Source: Octopus bimaculoides
Lineage: Eukaryota
Assembly: GCF_001194135.2 (NCBI RefSeq)
Contig: NC_068981.1
Location: 112,436,475 to 112,500,474 of the forward strand
Length of the DNA: 64,000 nucleotides
Reading direction: 5' to 3'
Shown here: piece by piece, positions 12,224 to 24,185 of the stretch
Layout: each line of letters begins with the position of its first letter
Position numbering within the stretch: position 1 is the stretch's first letter
Program-made: the position numbers and the translations under genes
Notes under the pieces: model-generated
Told to the model about the DNA's origin: nothing
The model's input: the letters and a program-made list of their open reading frames with translations, nothing else
Database searches by the model: none

Positions 12224-13403
12224 TCAGGTCATCCCATAAGTTCTGTCCGATTTTACCTTTTCTAAAATTGAATGAAATTTTATAGTATTTTAGAATGTTT
12301 AATGGAATTAAAAATTATTTTTATGCATTTGTATACATTTAAACTAATTAAATATTATTTTACAGAATAATAGAATTAAAATTTCTTTGATTAAAGCCCT
12401 TTCTAACATAGAAGTATCCAAAGGGCATTTAAGGCACACAATGCTTTATGAGTACAAAAAAGGAAACTCTGCAGCCGAAGCGACTCAAAACATACACTCA
12501 GATTATGGGAAAGAATGCTTGCATGAATTAACTTGCAGAAGATGGTTTGCAAAATTCAGAAGTGGAGATTTCAACCTTGAAGATGAAGATCGAACAGGAC
12601 TTCCAGTTGAGTTTGATGATAAGCTCCTTGAGGCATTACTTGAAGAAAATCATGCATTATCAGTTGAAGAATTGGCAATAAAGCTTAGTTCAAACCATAC
12701 AACTGTTCATCATCATCTTCAACAACTTGGAAAGGTTCCTAAANNNNNNNNNNNNNNNNNNNNNNNNNNNNNNNNNNNNNNNNNNNNNNNNNNNNNNNNN
12801 NNNNNNNNNNNNNNNNNNNNNNNNNNNNNNNNNNNNNNNNNNNNNNNNNNNNNNNNNNNNNNNNNNNNNNNNNNNNNNNNNNNNNNNNNNNNNNNNNNNN
12901 NNNNNNNNNNNNNNNNNNNNNNNNNNNNNNNNNNNNNNNNNNNNNNNNNNNNNNNNNNNNNNNNNNNNNNNNNNNNNNNNNNNNNNNNNNNNNNNGGAGT
13001 AATTCACTTTGAATTGTTACCACCTAATGCAACATTCAATGCTCAAGTCTACTGTCAGCAATTAGAGCGTTTGATCAAAGAGCTTGGTTGGGAAAAAATT
13101 TGTCATCCACCTTATTCTCCTGACCTTGCTCCTTCTGACTAGCATTTGTTTCATTGTTTATAGAATCATTTGTGGGACATAACTTTCGCAAGCCAGAAGG
13201 AGGTCGAAACTGACATTTCAGAGTTCTTCATGTTGAAACCAAAAGAGTTTTACATTGATGGGATTAAAAAGCTTGTAAATAGATGGAAGGAAGTTATAGA
13301 TAATCAGGGAAAGTACATTGATGATTAAATTTCAATTAAATATAACATGTGATCACTTGTTTTCTTTATTCAAAATTCGGACAGAACTTATTGGATGACC
13401 TGA
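12224..13403 (+). mobile_element. Mariner (Tc1/mariner) DNA transposon, decayed
   Basis: TIRs TCAGGTCATCCCATAAGTTCTGTCCGATTTT / AAAATTCGGACAGAACTTATTGGATGACCTGA flanked by TA. The ORF has an HTH (LRHTMLYEYKKGNSAAEA..CRRWFAKFRSGDFNLED) and HPPYSPDLAPSD. The middle of the ORF is in a gap. Confidence 0.95.
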
Positions 13404-14765
13404 TAGTACATTACGAGCAAATAACGGATGCTAAGGTCACAAAGAATAACATATTGTCAGGTGGGTTCTCAATGAACTTATAGACTCCGAAGATTACAAG
13501 ACCATTCCAGAACCTAACATGAATGCAGAATGAAGGTAATGGTATAGTAATGCAGGGTGGGAAACCAAATTGCTGCAAAAACCACTTCAGGGATCTTTGC
13601 TCACTGGAGCACCCAAGACAAAAGTAAAGAAACCAGCAGTAGAAGCATTCACATCAAATTCTAGAAACTATTGACCTCCATTTTACGGTATACAAAATTG
13701 TAAAATCATGGAAGAATTGTTGGCCGGTTTGCTCGAGTTGCAAAAACAGCAACAACAACAACAATTACCATTACAGCAACAAATGCTACAATTAATGAAT
13801 AGTAAGTTGTCAAAAGATGCTGGAAAGATGTTCTCATCAGATTATGTTGCAAAGTCAGTAGCGGAATTTAAGTATGAATCAGATGAAGGAGTTACCTTCG
13901 AGGCATACTAAAGAAGACAGGAATAAATTTTCAATAAAGAGTGCAAGGATTGGGATGATGATATGAAAACACATCTAATCTTAAGAAAGCTGGTTGTAGG
14001 AGAACATGAGCATTACAGAAATTACATACTCTCAAAAAAACCTTTTGACATAAACTTTAAAAATACAGTAGACATATTGTGTGAAATGTGTTAGCAAGAA
14101 AAGCTCATTGTTCAATACACACTGGAAATGTTTGAACCTAGAAAAGAACAACGAGGAGAACTGCATCACATATGCTTGTAGACTTAAAAGAAAATGTGAA
14201 AAGTTCAAACTGGACGAATTAACACCAAGTATATTCAAGTTCCTGATATTTACTCAGGGACTAACTGCAGAAAAAGACACAGAAGTAAGAACAAGAACTC
14301 TTGCTAAGCTGTAACCTTTCAACAAGTGTCAGAAGGGTGTGAAAGAATAGACACGACACAGAGAAAATTGAATATAAAGATTGCTCCCAAGTGAAACAAG
14401 TGCATTGGAAGAAACAAAACAGGCAGAATACAAATCAAGTGTGTGATAAAATACAGTATAAACAGGACAAAATTCAGGAAACAAACCCAAGTTTTGAATG
14501 TGGAGGTCTACACTGGAGAAAAAATGCCCATTTAAGAAAGTGGAATGTTTTCATTATGGCAAAATTGGACACACAAAAGCGCACTGTAAAACCAAGATGA
14601 CAAAACGTTGGAACAAAGAGAAAAGAATAAACAAGATGTCGTCAAAGAAAAATGGTAATGTGACAAAGAGGAAATTAATAAATATGAAAATTAAAAGTAT
14701 AAGAGGAAAATGCAGTTACACACGGGAAGTGATATTACCATTGTGAATGAAGGAACTTGGAAGTA

Positions 14766-16036
14766 TCAGATCATTAAGAATGAAATATCTGATTTTGAAC
14801 TGAAAGTTATTTTACTTTATCTCAACAAAAAGCTATGCAGTTAATCAAAGTGTGCACATACATTATCAACACAATTTTGCCATTTTATCAGTAGCTTATT
14901 TATGCTGGCAGTGAAGAATTTTGGAGAACAAGAGGTGATGAAATCATGAAAGGCTGTTTTTGTGCCTTTTAAGTTTTTTTCCTTGCAAAACTTGTCTAAA
15001 GCCTGGAAAATGTGATAGTCAGTTGGTGCAAGGTCTGGTGAATATGGTGAATGACTGAGTATTTCCAAGTTCAGTTCCTGTAACTTGAGTAGTGTTTGTT
15101 GTGTAACATGTGGTCAAGCATTGTCTTGCAAGAGAATTGGCCTGTCTCTATTGACCAATCTCATTGTTTAATTACAAGTTCACTCATCATTTCATCCTGT
15201 TGGTTGATGTATACATCCGCTGTAATTGACTTATCAGGTCTCATGAAGCTATAGCGAATAACACCAGTGCTGCAACTCCAAACAGACATCATTAGCCTTT
15301 TTGGCAAATATTCGTTTTTGGGATTGTGTTTTGGCACTTCATATCTATCCAACCACCATGCAGAACTCTTGCTATTGTTGAAAAGAATCCATTTTTCATC
15401 ACACATAGCAAAACGATGCAAAAACAGTTCACTTTTATATTATGACAGTAAAGAACAGCAAGTTCCAAGACAAGTTATTTGATGCTCATTCAATTTGTGT
15501 GGTGCCCACTTGTCCAGCTTCTTTACCTTGCCAATTTGTTTCAGATGGTCGAATACAGTTGGAATCAAAACATCAAACCTTGCTGCTAGCTCATGTGTAG
15601 TTTGAGATGTATCTGCTTCCATTACAGTTTCCTGCTCATCATTATCCACCTTGGTCTCAGGTCTACCATGGGGCTGATTTTCAAGAGTAGAGTCACCAGA
15701 CTGGAACTTCTCAAACCATCAGCGTACAGTGCTCTCATTCGCCACAGCTTCACCAAACACCTCATTGATGTTTCAAGCTGTGAAGAATGTGTTGGTTCCA
15801 CGATGGAACTCATATTCATAAACAACGTGAATTTTTGATCTATCAATGGGTTCACAAAAATCGATTTCCAAGAGAAAACTCAGAATATAATCAGACACGA
15901 TGAATTGCATTCCAAAAAGTGATGATGAAACTCTTCAATGCTGTAAAACAAAGAATTATCAGGATAAAACATTAGTGTTAATGACTGTCAAACTTGGTGC
16001 ATAAGAAAATCAGACATTTCATTTTTAATGACCTGA
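14766..16036 (-). mobile_element. Mariner DNA transposon inserted in the Gypsy protease
   Basis: TIRs TCAGATCATTAAGAATGAAATATCTGATTTT / AAAATCAGACATTTCATTTTTAATGACCTGA with TA on both sides. Motifs: CDEKWILFNN, MMSVWSCSTGVI, HSPYSPDLAPTDYH. Confidence 0.95.
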
Positions 16037-16719
16037 TATATCCATAAGCCAAAATTAAGTAAATCTACAAAAGTGGCACATGGTATTACAGGTAAAAGAT
16101 TGTATTTTGTAGGTGAATTTGTGTGTAATATGACATTTTGTGACCAAATGAAAATAGGTAAAATTATATGTATCAAAAAATTCAGTTAATCTGTGGACCT
16201 ATTCATGTTGTGGAATACGTCCGTAAGTGTTTTGTGTGAGAATATAGTCAGTTCAGTCGAAGGTTTGAATGCAGCTGAGAGATTGAAACAAAAAAGAAAA
16301 CATTTATTTGCAGATGTTTTCTCAGATGAAGTGGGTTACTGCACTAAAATAAAGGCAAAAATTGTAGTAAAACAAAGTGCAACACCTGTATTTAAGCCAA
16401 AATGGAATGTATCATTCACAGCACTAGAACAGGTAAAGAAGGAACTTGAAAGACTCAAGTACCTAGGAATAATCAAGGAGACAGACCACTAATATTGGGC
16501 AGCATGTACAGTCTATGTAAAAAAGAAAAATAATAAGTTAAGAGTTTGTGCAAATTTTTCAACAGGGTTGAATGATTGTTTAATCTCACATAACTACCCA
16601 TTGCCGAATCCTGAGGAAGTGTTCACAAAATTGAATAGAGGGAAATTCTTCTCGGAATTAGACCTCAGAGGCATATTTACAAATCCAAGTAGAATAAGAA
16701 TGCTCACACTTATTAGCCA

Positions 16720-18173
16720 CTAGCAGAAATACCCGGCGTTGCCCGGGTTAAAGAGAATAATGATATCTAAAAACGCTGTCTAGACTACGCATCATCTTTA
16801 TATATAGAGATGTATATACACACACGCACCCAAACACACGTATATATATTTATATCAATATAAATATATGAAAGTCAATGAAGTTTCGTAAAAGAAGGTG
16901 ATCATGTACATACTTTCTTGCTGTTGTGATTATAACACCTCATTGTAAACTATGTTCCTTGTTTTCCCTTGTGGAGCATATACAAATAGGTTTTTTGTNN
17001 NNNNNNNNNNNNNNNNNNNNNNNNNNNNNNNNNNNNNNNNNNNNNNNNNNNNNNNNNNNNNNNNNNNNNNNNNNNNNNNNNNNNNNNNNNNNNNNNNNNN
17101 NNNNNNNNNNNNNNNNNNNNNNNNNNNNNNNNNNNNNNNNNNNNNNNNNNNNNNNNNNNNNNNNNNNNNNNNNNNNNNNNNNNNNNNNNNNNNNNNNNNN
17201 NNNNNNNNNNNNNNNNNNNNNNNNNNNNNNNNNNNNNNNNNNNNNNNNNNNNNNNNNNNNNNNNNNNNNNNNNNNNNNNNNNNNNNNNNNNNNNNNNNNN
17301 NNNNNNNNNNNNNNNNNNNNNNNNNNNNNNNNNNNNNNNNNNNNNNNNNNNNNNNNNNNNNNNNNNNNNNNNNNNNNNNNNNNNNNNNNNNNNNNNNNNN
17401 NNNNNNNNNNNNNNNNNNNNNNNNNNNNNNNNNNNNNNNNNNNNNNNNNNNNNNNNNNNNNNNNNNNNNNNNNNNNNNNNNNNNNNNNNNNNNNNNNNNN
17501 NNNNNNNNNNNNNNNNNNNNNNNNNNNNNNNNNNNNNNNNNNNNNNNNNNNNNNNNNNNNNNNNNNNNNNNNNNNNNNNNNNNNNNNNNNNNNNNNNNNN
17601 NNNNNNNNNNNNNNNNNNNNNNNNNNNNNNNNNNNNNNNNNNNNNNNNNNNNNNNNNNNNNNNNNNNNNNNNNNNNNNNNNNNNNNNNNNNNNNNNNNNN
17701 NNNNNNNNNNNNNNNNNNNNNNNNNNNNNNNNNNNNNNNNNNNNNNNNNNNNNNNNNNNNNNNNNNNNNNNNNNNNNNNNNNNNNNNNNNNNNNACATCT
17801 CTCTCTCTCTCTCTTTCTGTCTCTCTCTTTCTCTCTTTCTCTCTGTGTGAAAGTATCTGTCACTACACTATCGAAATGTGATTGTTTCAGTTAATGGAAT
17901 AGTTTCATTTTTAAAGTGAAAGTATTTGACATGAGTGTTTTTGTTTCACTTTTGACACGTAATACTTAAATAGTGGAGGAGATATTATGTTGCCGTGTGC
18001 TCGAACTCTGCAAGAAGTTAATAATTTTTTTTTGACTAAAACACAACTGGAACCCTAAGTAAGGCATGTGTAAAATTTGAATGAAATTGGTTGCGTAGTT
18101 CTCGAGTTTTAGGGATTCACACAGACAGACAGACAGACAGACAGACACACATTCTCATTTTTATATATATAGA
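16720..18173 (-). mobile_element. Non-autonomous Helitron inserted in the Gypsy RT
   Basis: Minus strand has 5' TC at 18173 and 3' CTAG at 16720, with a subterminal hairpin CCCGGGCAACGCCGGG. It sits between A and T, and removing it restores GCC ATT AAT (LAINTHHG). It contains (CAGA)n and a large gap. Confidence 0.85.
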
Positions 18174-20507
18174 TTAATACACACCATGGCTTATTTAAAT
18201 TTAAGCGGCTTCCTTTTGGTGTAAAAGTGGCTCCTTCCATATTTCAGCAAATACTGGATACAATGCCAGGTGACTGATTTTGCTATCACCTATTTAGACA
18301 ACATCCTAATAAAAAGCAAATCACATGAACATGTTGATCACATAAAGAGGGTATACAAAAAGATAAGAGAATACGTTTTTAAGTTAGGTGAAGAAAAATG
18401 TGAGTTCTTTCTAAAAAAATTAATTACTTAGGCCAGATAATAGATACAAAATAATAAATTTAAAAAAACTGGATCCATCCAGAGCAACTGCAATAAAAAA
18501 TATGCCCACGCCAAATAATGTTACTATGCTACAAGCATTCTTGGGTTTAGTAACCTACTATAAAATTTAGATTCTCAATATACACAATGTAAGGGCTGCA
18601 CTAAATGATTTATCAAAGAAAAACACAAAATGGTGCTGGACTGATAAGTGTCAGAAGACATTTGACAAATTCAAAAACATTTTAACATTGAAGCATTTTG
18701 ATCTGAAATAGGATATTATATTGGCTACAGATGCAAGTAATTATGGTGTAGGAGCAGTGCTCCTGCACAAATATGATAATGGGTGTAAAAAGGCTATAGC
18801 TCATGCGTCATGATCGTTATTACCAGCCAAAATGAACTATAATCAAACAGAAAAGGAAGCGTTAGCAATCATATTTGGTGTGAAAAATTTCCATAGGTTT
18901 ATTCATGGAAGAAGTTTGTCTACAAGCAGACCATCGCCCACTACTGGTATTCCTACAAAAGGAATACCAACAAACACAGCAAATAGACTACAGCAATGGG
19001 ACATTACATTATTGAATTATGATTACAGAATGGAATATTTATGGTCAAAAAATCTAGGGCATGTGGATGGTTTGTCCAGACTGATACCGAAACTCTGCAA
19101 GCCATTCAAAGATGTGATAATCACATCTTTAAGAGTAGAAGGAGAAATAAAAAATGTAATGAGGAATTTGGTACGCAAATTACTGGCAACCCTTGAAGAC
19201 ATAAAATGAAATGCAGAAAATGACAAATTCATAACAGAAATGAAAAGAATATTGTGGACAAGAAAAGTAAATAGGAACAGGATTGGTGCAAAATGAAACC
19301 AAGATGTGAACCTATACTCAATTTGTGATGGTGTACTGATGTATGCACAGAGAGCAGTAATACCTGAAACTCTGTGAAAGAAAATGTTGAAGGAATTCTA
19401 TGTTGGACATCCTAGTATTTCAAGTGTAGTTATGTGTATTGGCCAAAACTGGAAAATTTAGTGAAAAGCTGCAGAGGATGTGCTCTAGCAACAAAATTAC
19501 TGACAATAAAAAGTGAACGTTGGCCAAAAGTAGATGTTCCATGGTTGAGACTACACATTGATTTCGTTGGTCCTTAAATGGTTCATACTACTTAGTGGTA
19601 GTTGATAGTTTCTGTACATGGGCAGAAATTTGTAAGTGTAAAAAGCCAACCTCCTCAGCTGTGACAAACTTTCTACATAAGCTGTTTGCAAGCTTTGGTA
19701 TCCCAGGCACAGTAGTGTCTGACAATGGAACACGATTTCTGTCTTTTGAGTTTAAAAAGTTTTGTAAAACATTCACTGTAGAACATGTAACTATGACACC
19801 ATATCATCCCAGATCTAATGGACAAGCAGAACACTTTGTTGATATGTCAAAAGAGCCTGAAGAAAGTCGAATAAGGAAGTCGCGGATGAGATAGCTCTCC
19901 AACAATTCTTAAGAGTATACTATGTGACACCAAATCCAAACATACCAGCATGTATGTCACCAGCAGAGCTGATGTTTGCAAAGAAAATAAAACCGGTCTT
20001 TGACAAATTACTGATCCTGGTAAGAAAAGAAAAATTGCAATGGAAAATACACCAAGATATTTCAAAATTGGTGAAAATGTATTTGTTAGGGCTTATAAGA
20101 AAGGAAAACAAAGTTGGAAAGATGGCATGATTTCCAAATGCATAAAAAAAATACTATTCTTGGTAAAAGGAAGAAAAGGAGCATACAAGAGACACATGAA
20201 CCAACTGAAGAAAGATTTGTTGAGAGTGAACCCAAGAGAATGGAAGAACCAATGGAATGGTTATATGATACTTTTCAAGTACCAATGCCACTACATATAA
20301 TTGAATCTAGATGCACAAACAAAAGGAAAAGAAAATATATGGAGTTCCTGGAAGTGGATGCTGAACAAAAAATATATTAAATCTGTAACTGGATGAAAAA
20401 AAAGGAAAAAAAACTCAAAAAAGGGAGGTGGGGTGATGTAAAAATTATTGCTAATAAAGAGAAATAAAATTACACTCCCTAAAAAAAGAAAAACTTGAAA
20501 ATGGAGA

Positions 20508-20736
20508 TGTTATGGGGATAATAGTAATAATGGAGCACCTCTCCCACATGACGAGTGGAATGTGCTAGTCATTATAAATACTGTGATGTAGGAAGTCGAG
20601 AAGTACATCTGACAGTTGTGTCTTACTTGTCTAACTAACTATACTGCTGTACCAGAGTGGACATTATAAGAGTCTCATTCATTATAATCATCATCATTAT
20701 TTTATGAGTGTAACTCATTACCTTACAAAGATAACT
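20508..20736 (+). repeat. Putative 3' LTR of the Gypsy element
   Basis: Starts TG after a purine-rich tract, contains TATAAATA, and ends ...CAAAGATAAC(T), similar to the end of the LTR at 47434. There is no partner LTR to confirm the boundaries. Confidence 0.5.
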
Positions 20737-21564
20737 TGTAGACCAATTAATATGATGCTGCTAGAACTTAATGTTACCCTAACAGTGTACAGAAAAGATA
20801 AACAAGATATCTTTCTTCTCATATCTGTTTGCATGCTCAACCAATAACAATATAATACAACACTAAGTTGCTCAAACTCCTTGAAGGAATCTTTACACAG
20901 TTGTTTGAACAGCAAGTAATAAGCAGTGAAATCTACATGAAATCATACCTTACCATCTCAAAAAAAAAAAAAAAAGGAGCAAGAGACACACTAAATAATG
21001 CAACCCTAGCTACTTCAAAAAGTAGCTAGGGTGGAGGAAAAAAGAGAAATAAACCACAACTCTGCTAAAGACAACCAAAACCAAGATGCAGTGTTAAACT
21101 GTGACAAATTACATCCAGTTCCTAACTACACTTGTTAACTAACTTGTATACAAACCATATTTGTTAATTACTGATTGTCTCATAAATAAGTACAGTTTTG
21201 TACTTTAACTATTGTTCAATTAACCATAGTTGAAAAGTTTTTCTTTAGTTAATGACCTTTTAATTACATATTTAAATGATCATTTTAATTCTGCTTTCTT
21301 TTCCTAGTGAAATGAATCTTTTGATTGCTGCTCATATGTCAGACCAAATTCTGGAAGAAGTTATTGAATCATTATCAAAGAGTCACAAAAAATTGGTTAG
21401 TTGAAAATATTTTCTTCTTCGAAAAAATATCCTTTTACCTCTCACTTCATGTTGAATTAAAATTAATCCTCTTTTTTAAATATGTTTACTATAGTTGTGA
21501 TGGATGTAACATTAAAGAGTATGGCCTCTGTCTAGTTTGATCTTTAAATCCTGCTCTTATAGCC

Positions 21565-21996
21565 GGCAACAATCTCGCTCGAAAACCCTACGAAGGCCAG
21601 TCAGGCGGTACTGGCAACGGTCATGCTCAAAATGGTGCATCTTATGTGCCACCCACACAAGAGCCAGTCCAGGGGCACTGGCAACGATCTCACTTGGCTT
21701 GCCGGGTCTTCTCACACACAACACATTTCCAAAGGTCTCGGTCAGTAGTCATCGCCTTGGTGAGGCCCAATGTTCGAAGGTCTTGCCTCACCACCTCAGC
21801 CCAGGTTTTCCTGGGCCTACCTCTTCCACGGGTTCCCTCAATTGTTAGAGTGTGACACTTTTTCACACAGCTATCCTCATTCATTCTCACCACATGTCCA
21901 TACCAGCGCAATCGTCTCTCTTGCACACCACAACTGATGCTTCTTATGTCAGCTTTTCTCTCAAGATACTTACACTCTGACAGGTATGCACATTGA
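21565..21996 (-). mobile_element. RTE LINE 3' fragment
   Basis: RRLRWYGHVVRMNEDSCVKKC...GTRGRGRPRKTWAEVVRQDL followed by the same 3' UTR repeat units. Cut by a gap. Confidence 0.9.
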
Positions 21997-23000
21997 CNNN
22001 NNNNNNNNNNNNNNNNNNNNNNNNNNNNNNNNNNNNNNNNNNNNNNNNNNNNNNNNNNNNNNNNNNNNNNNNNNNNNNNNNNNNNNNNNNNNNNNNNNNN
22101 NNNNNNNNNNNNNNNNNNNNNNNNNNNNNNNNNNNNNNNNNNNNNNNNNNNNNNNNNNNNNNNNNNNNNNNNNNNNNNNNNNNNNNNNNNNNNNNNNNNN
22201 NNNNNNNNNNNNNNNNNNNNNNNNNNNNNNNNNNNNNNNNNNNNNNNNNNNNNNNNNNNNNNNNNNNNNNNNNNNNNNNNNNNNNNNNNNNNNNNNNNNN
22301 NNNNNNNNNNNNNNNNNNNNNNNNNNNNNNNNNNNNNNNNNNNNNNNNNNNNNNNNNNNNNNNNNNNNNNNNNNNNNNNNNNNNNNNNNNNNNNNNNNNN
22401 NNNNNNNNNNNNNNNNNNNNNNNNNNNNNNNNNNNNNNNNNNNNNNNNNNNNNNNNNNNNNNNNNNNNNNNNNNNNNNATAATATGTCTTTTCTACAGTA
22501 ATTTTCTGCATTTTCGTGCAGCTGAAGATTGCTCTTCATATTGCATTTAATGTAATGCTCGCATCACTTAAATAAATTGGAGTAGCATGAAACGTGCGTT
22601 CTGCAATCACCTTTGAAATCCGTGTTGCTTATTTTTGATTTTGATCACCTATCCTTTTGGGATACGATATTCGGGTGCCTACTCATAAGTACCATATTCA
22701 ACCTTGAATCTATATCTAAACCGTCTATATATATATATATATATATATACATACACTAATGATTTGTCGGTACATGTTATGTTTTTTTGTTATGTAACCA
22801 TAATATACTATAAAGTATATTAAATGTTCTTATAAGTCAGTGCCACATTCTACTGCATTAGCAGTGCTTTTTACATTATTTTGAAGTTATTTCTACAGAT
22901 ATTCTATAGAAATTTTAACCAGCATTGATTTTTGCTATGTTTCATATCAAGACATCAGATGTAAGCAAACAATGAAATTGAAGACAAAAATGGGTAATGA

Positions 23001-23046
23001 GTGTATATGCCATATTCCGGGGTTTTTTGCCCCTTCATCAGCACAC
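23001..23046 (-). ncRNA. Near-canonical minimal hammerhead ribozyme relic
   Basis: Minus strand GTG-CTGATGA-A-GGGG(CAAAAAA)CCCC-GGAA-TAT(GGC)ATA-TA-CAC has stems I, II and III, with one core change (GAAA to GGAA). It lies 3' of the Naiad-type ORF. Confidence 0.55.
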
Positions 23047-23189
23047 CTATCTATGCTTATATAGCCACCACATAGAGCAGTGTTAAGTTATTAAATGTAT
23101 CAATTTACATATCAAACGCATTCCTGGGGCTGGTATGTAAAGACTAAAAATATATATAAAAATATAAAGAAGGAATAGTATAAACAAAT

Positions 23190-23405
23190 ACATACTCACA
23201 CAGACATATATATACATATATATATATACATACATCCATATATATACATATATACTAACACATAGACTATAAAACACACACTCACATATATATATACATA
23301 TAACCATATATATATATATATATACACATACGCATATAAATAAAAAAAACAAAAAAACATCATATACATACATATACACATACACTCATATATATATATA
23401 TATAT
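23190..23405. repeat. Compound (TA)n/(CATA)n microsatellite
   Basis: Directly visible. Similar tracts occur at 4290-4375, 26245-26290, 59470-59625, 61235-61272, 63225-63312 and 63975-64000. Confidence 0.95.
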
Positions 23406-23883
23406 NNNNNNNNNNNNNNNNNNNNNNNNNNNNNNNNNNNNNNNNNNNNNNNNNNNNNNNNNNNNNNNNNNNNNNNNNNNNNNNNNNNNNNNNNNNNNNN
23501 NNNNNNNNNNNNNNNNNNNNNNNNNNNNNNNNNNNNNNNNNNNNNNNNNNNNNNNNNNNNNNNNNNNNNNNNNNNNNNNNNNNNNNNNNNNNNNNNNNNN
23601 NNNNNNNNNNNNNNNNNNNNNNNNNNNNNNNNNNNNNNNNNNNNNNNNNNNNNNNNNNNNNNNNNNNNNNNNNNNNNNNNNNNNNNNNNNNNNNNNNNNN
23701 NNNNNNNNNNNNNNNNNNNNNNNNNNNNNNNNNNNNNNNNNNNNNNNNNNNNNNNNNNNNNNNNNNNNNNNNNNNNNNNNNNNNNNNNNNNNNNNNNNNN
23801 NNNNNNNNNNNNNNNNNNNNNNNNNNNNNNNNNNNNNNNNNNNNNNNNNNNNNNNNNNNNNNNNNNNNNNNNNNNNNNNNNNN

Positions 23884-24183
23884 CTATAGCCTCGGGCCGA
23901 CCAAAGCCTTGTGAGTGGATTTGGTAGACAGAAACTGAAAGAAGCCCGTCGTATATATATGTATATATATATATATATGTATGTGTGTCTGTGTTTGTCC
24001 CCCCACCATCGCTTGACAACCGATGCTGGTGTGTTTATGTCCCCGTAACTTAGCGGTTTGGCAAAAGAGACCGATAGAATAAGTACTAGGCTTCTAAAGA
24101 ATAAGTCCTGGGGTCGATTTGCTTGACTAAAGGCGGTGCTCCAGCATGGCCACAGTCAAAAGACTGAAACAAGTAAAAGAGTA
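23884..24183 (+). mobile_element. SINE (5' part in gap) with conserved core and internal (TA)n/(TG)n microsatellite
   Basis: GACCAAAGCCTTGTGAGTGGATTTGGTAGACAGAAACTGAAAGAAGCC resembles, from memory, the Deu/Nin SINE core. The 3' part is GGGGTCGATTTGCTTGACTAAAGGCGGTGCTCCAGCATGG...GAAACAAGTAAAAGA. Confidence 0.8.
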
Positions 24184-24185
24184 TA

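Larger units (their letters stand above)
13708..20736 (+). mobile_element. Ty3/Gypsy LTR retrotransposon (Mag/K02A2.6-like), decayed, with nested mariner and Helitron
   Basis: gag MEELL...EFKYESDEGVTFEAY; protease LHTGSDITIVN (DTG-like); RT NYPLPNPEEVF, INTHHGLFKFKRLPFG, YLDN; RNase [28 protein letters not shown]; integrase LHIDFVGP, VVSDNGTRF, YHPRSNGQAE. No matching 5' LTR was found. Confidence 0.92.

Noticed and set aside
13406-13700. 5' LTR and PBS of the first Gypsy
   Set aside because: CAAAGAATAACA followed by TATTGTCAGGTGGG is suggestive, but it shows no convincing alignment to the 20508-20736 LTR.
16926-17894. Long ORFs in the supplied track spanning N-runs (also 9354-10030, 12690-13023, 21690-22550, 23360-24019)
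   Set aside because: They are artefacts of gaps translated as X, not real coding evidence.
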